NCBI GenBank assembly: GCA_002841295.1
Contig: PHEU01000007.1
Span: 6,417 to 70,416, forward strand
Direction of reading: 5' to 3'
DNA from: Actinobacteria bacterium HGW-Actinobacteria-6
GTDB taxonomy: Bacteria; Actinomycetota; Coriobacteriia; Anaerosomatales; Anaerosomataceae
DNA length: 64,000 nt
Below, in pieces: positions 62,429 through 64,000 of this stretch (the first letter of the stretch is position 1; the number at the start of each line of letters is the position of its first letter). The notes under the pieces were generated by a model, which worked only from the letters and a program-made list of their open reading frames with translations, was not told the DNA's origin and made no database searches. The translations under genes and the position numbers were made by a program.

Positions 62429-64000
62429 ATGCGTGCGCTTCCAAGACTGGTCATGTGGATTCTTGTGATGGCGGCTGTCACGGCTCCCGCAACGCAAGCT
62501 TTCGCTACTGAATGGCCGACGGGAGGCGTCAGGGTGGCACTCGACGCGCGGCGTCTCGGAGGATCGGACAGGTATGAGACCTCCGTGGCTATCGCCCGTG
62601 ACGGGTTCCCAGCGTGGACGGGCGTTACCAACATCATCATCACTGCTGGCGAGACCAGGGCGATGGCCGACGCGGTTGCTGCCGGCGGTCTCGTCTGGGC
62701 GTATGAGGCACCTCTCATGCTGGTCCGTGGCACCTCGGTTCCGGCCGTCGTTAAGACGGCGTTGCAGGAGATCCGCTCGACCAACGGGACGGTCACCGTC
62801 ACCATCGTGGGTGGCACGCCAAGCGTGAGTTCGGCGTGTGCGCGACAGATTGAGGCGATTACCGGTTCGGGATCTGTCGTCCGCCTGGCCGGGACAGATC
62901 GTTACGCCACAGCCGCCAAGGTGGCTCTCAGGATGCGGAAGTCGGCCACTGAAACCTCAAGGACTATGGCGCCTATGGCGCTCGTGGCCAACGGTACCGA
63001 CGCATCTGGTTTCTATGATGCACTGGCGCTTTCGGCCGTTTCGGCTCGAATTGGATCACCCGTTCTCTTCGTGAGGAGGGATTCGGTCCCTTCAGCGACG
63101 CGCTCTGCACTGGCGACTCTGGCTCCGGATGAGGTCTTGGTTGCCGGCAGCACCGCATCGGTTGGCTCTGGCGTTTATGCGACTGTAGCGGGTACAGCCC
63201 GGGCAAAAGGTAGCGATCGCTACGGCACCGCAGTGGCCGTCGCACGGATGGCTCGCACTCGCGGGTGGCTGGAGGGTTCGTCGGTGAGCATTGCAGGTTC
63301 CGTCATCGACGCCATCACCGGAGGCGGTATTGCCGGTCGTGCGGGATCGCCGATCCTCTTCACCGAGGGCTGGCGTCTTGGTAAGACACCCGCGCTGTAC
63401 CTGGCCGAGCTAGGTTCTGTGGTCACCTCGGCCACCGTGTACGGGGATTCGGCGACCGTGGGTAAAGCGACGTTCGCACAGATCAAGGGAGCGCCCGCTA
63501 CTCCGTCGCTGTCAGCGCCCTCAAGCGGTCAGTACGTTGCCAAGTATGCGTACGTGAAGGTAGCGACCGGAGTCAACACGACCCTGGTCAAACTCTATGC
63601 AGGGGACACGCTTGTTGGCTCGGCGGCCGTCGATAGTTATGGCAAGGCCGACTTTGGAAAGCGAGCGATGCCAGCAAACGGCATCACGTTCAAGGTTGTG
63701 GCATCCAACCCGGATGGTAAGTCAGCTACCAAGACTTCGACATACAAGCGGTTGTCATATCCTGCGAGTACGTCGATCGTCATCGACAAGTCCGACTTCA
63801 AGCTCTACTGGGTTCAGGGAGACGTGCTCGTGAAGGCGTATCCGATAGCCACCGGTCGGCCGGGCATGGAGACTCCAGTGGCGACATGGAAGATCCTCGC
63901 CAAATACAAGACTGACCCTTCGAGCGTTTACGGTCCCCGCAAGATGCGACTATTCAGAAAGGTTGGCAGCGGCAGCACTGCGCGGTACGTCTACACCGCG
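62429..64000 (+). CDS. Secreted CWB2-repeat protein fused to a C-terminal YkuD-type L,D-transpeptidase domain (3' end beyond window)
   Basis: Absent from the ORF track because it is open at the edge. My translation from ATG 62429 (AAAGGAG upstream) begins MRALPRLVMWILVMAAVTAPATQAFA (signal peptide). Three CWB2-like modules follow (GSDRYETSVAIA.., GTDRYATAAKVA.., GSDRYGTAVAVA..). The end reads IVIDKSDFKLYWVQGDVLVKAYPIATGRPGMETPVATWKI (YkuD N-terminal signature). Confidence 0.75.
   Translation, partial: MRALPRLVMWILVMAAVTAPATQAFATEWPTGGVRVALDARRLGGSDRYETSVAIARDGFPAWTGVTNIIITAGETRAMADAVAAGGLVWAYEAPLMLVRGTSVPAVVKTALQEIRSTNGTVTVTIVGGTPSVSSACARQIEAITGSGSVVRLAGTDRYATAAKVALRMRKSATETSRTMAPMALVANGTDASGFYDALALSAVSARIGSPVLFVRRDSVPSATRSALATLAPDEVLVAGSTASVGSGVYATVAGTARAKGSDRYGTAVAVARMARTRGWLEGSSVSIAGSVIDAITGGGIAGRAGSPILFTEGWRLGKTPALYLAELGSVVTSATVYGDSATVGKATFAQIKGAPATPSLSAPSSGQYVAKYAYVKVATGVNTTLVKLYAGDTLVGSAAVDSYGKADFGKRAMPANGITFKVVASNPDGKSATKTSTYKRLSYPASTSIVIDKSDFKLYWVQGDVLVKAYPIATGRPGMETPVATWKILAKYKTDPSSVYGPRKMRLFRKVGSGSTARYVYTA

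Overview
GC-rich chromosomal segment that looks like core genome: about 55 protein genes, 4 tRNAs, and no transposase, integrase, CRISPR array or rRNA seen. Gene order is typical of an Actinomycetota-like monoderm: uvrA-uvrC-(holin-like)-rapZ-yvcK-whiA-gap-pgk-tpiA-gpmI-secG, and amt-glnK-glnD on the minus strand. Other content:
- Transport and metabolism: a 5-gene peptide/nickel-type ABC importer, acs, larE, a UbiB-like kinase, and a ubiD-ubiA-ubiX (mqnL/P/M-like) cluster.
- Signalling: two GAF-PP2C sensor phosphatases.
- Envelope: two secreted CWB2 cell-wall-binding-repeat proteins.

Points most worth a second look:
1. A Zn/Cd-type P1B ATPase has an in-frame TGA exactly where the first Cys of its GLDCxxC metal site should be. 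It is either a selenocysteine candidate or a fresh pseudogene.
2. A fluoride riboswitch lies upstream of a CLC gene, with a readable three-way GGAGUC/GACUCC switch over the Shine-Dalgarno.
3. One CsoR/RcnR-family repressor gene and three near-identical ATACCCC(C)-N-GGGG(G)TAT palindromes are placed identically inside five promoters. They tie together thioredoxin, CcdA, a CDF exporter and a chelatase-like membrane protein.
4. The rpoN-histidine kinase-NtrC operon is flanked by two good -24/-12 promoters. One is upstream of rpoN itself. The other is upstream of a zinc-ribbon membrane protein plus CopZ-like operon.
5. A CWB2-anchored secreted protein carries a duplicated H-x6-CxxCH module.
6. A radical-SAM-like protein with CX6CX2C is translationally coupled to a B12-radical SAM enzyme and followed by an aminotransferase.

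All calls are by-eye motif reading of the supplied sequence and translations. No database search was run.
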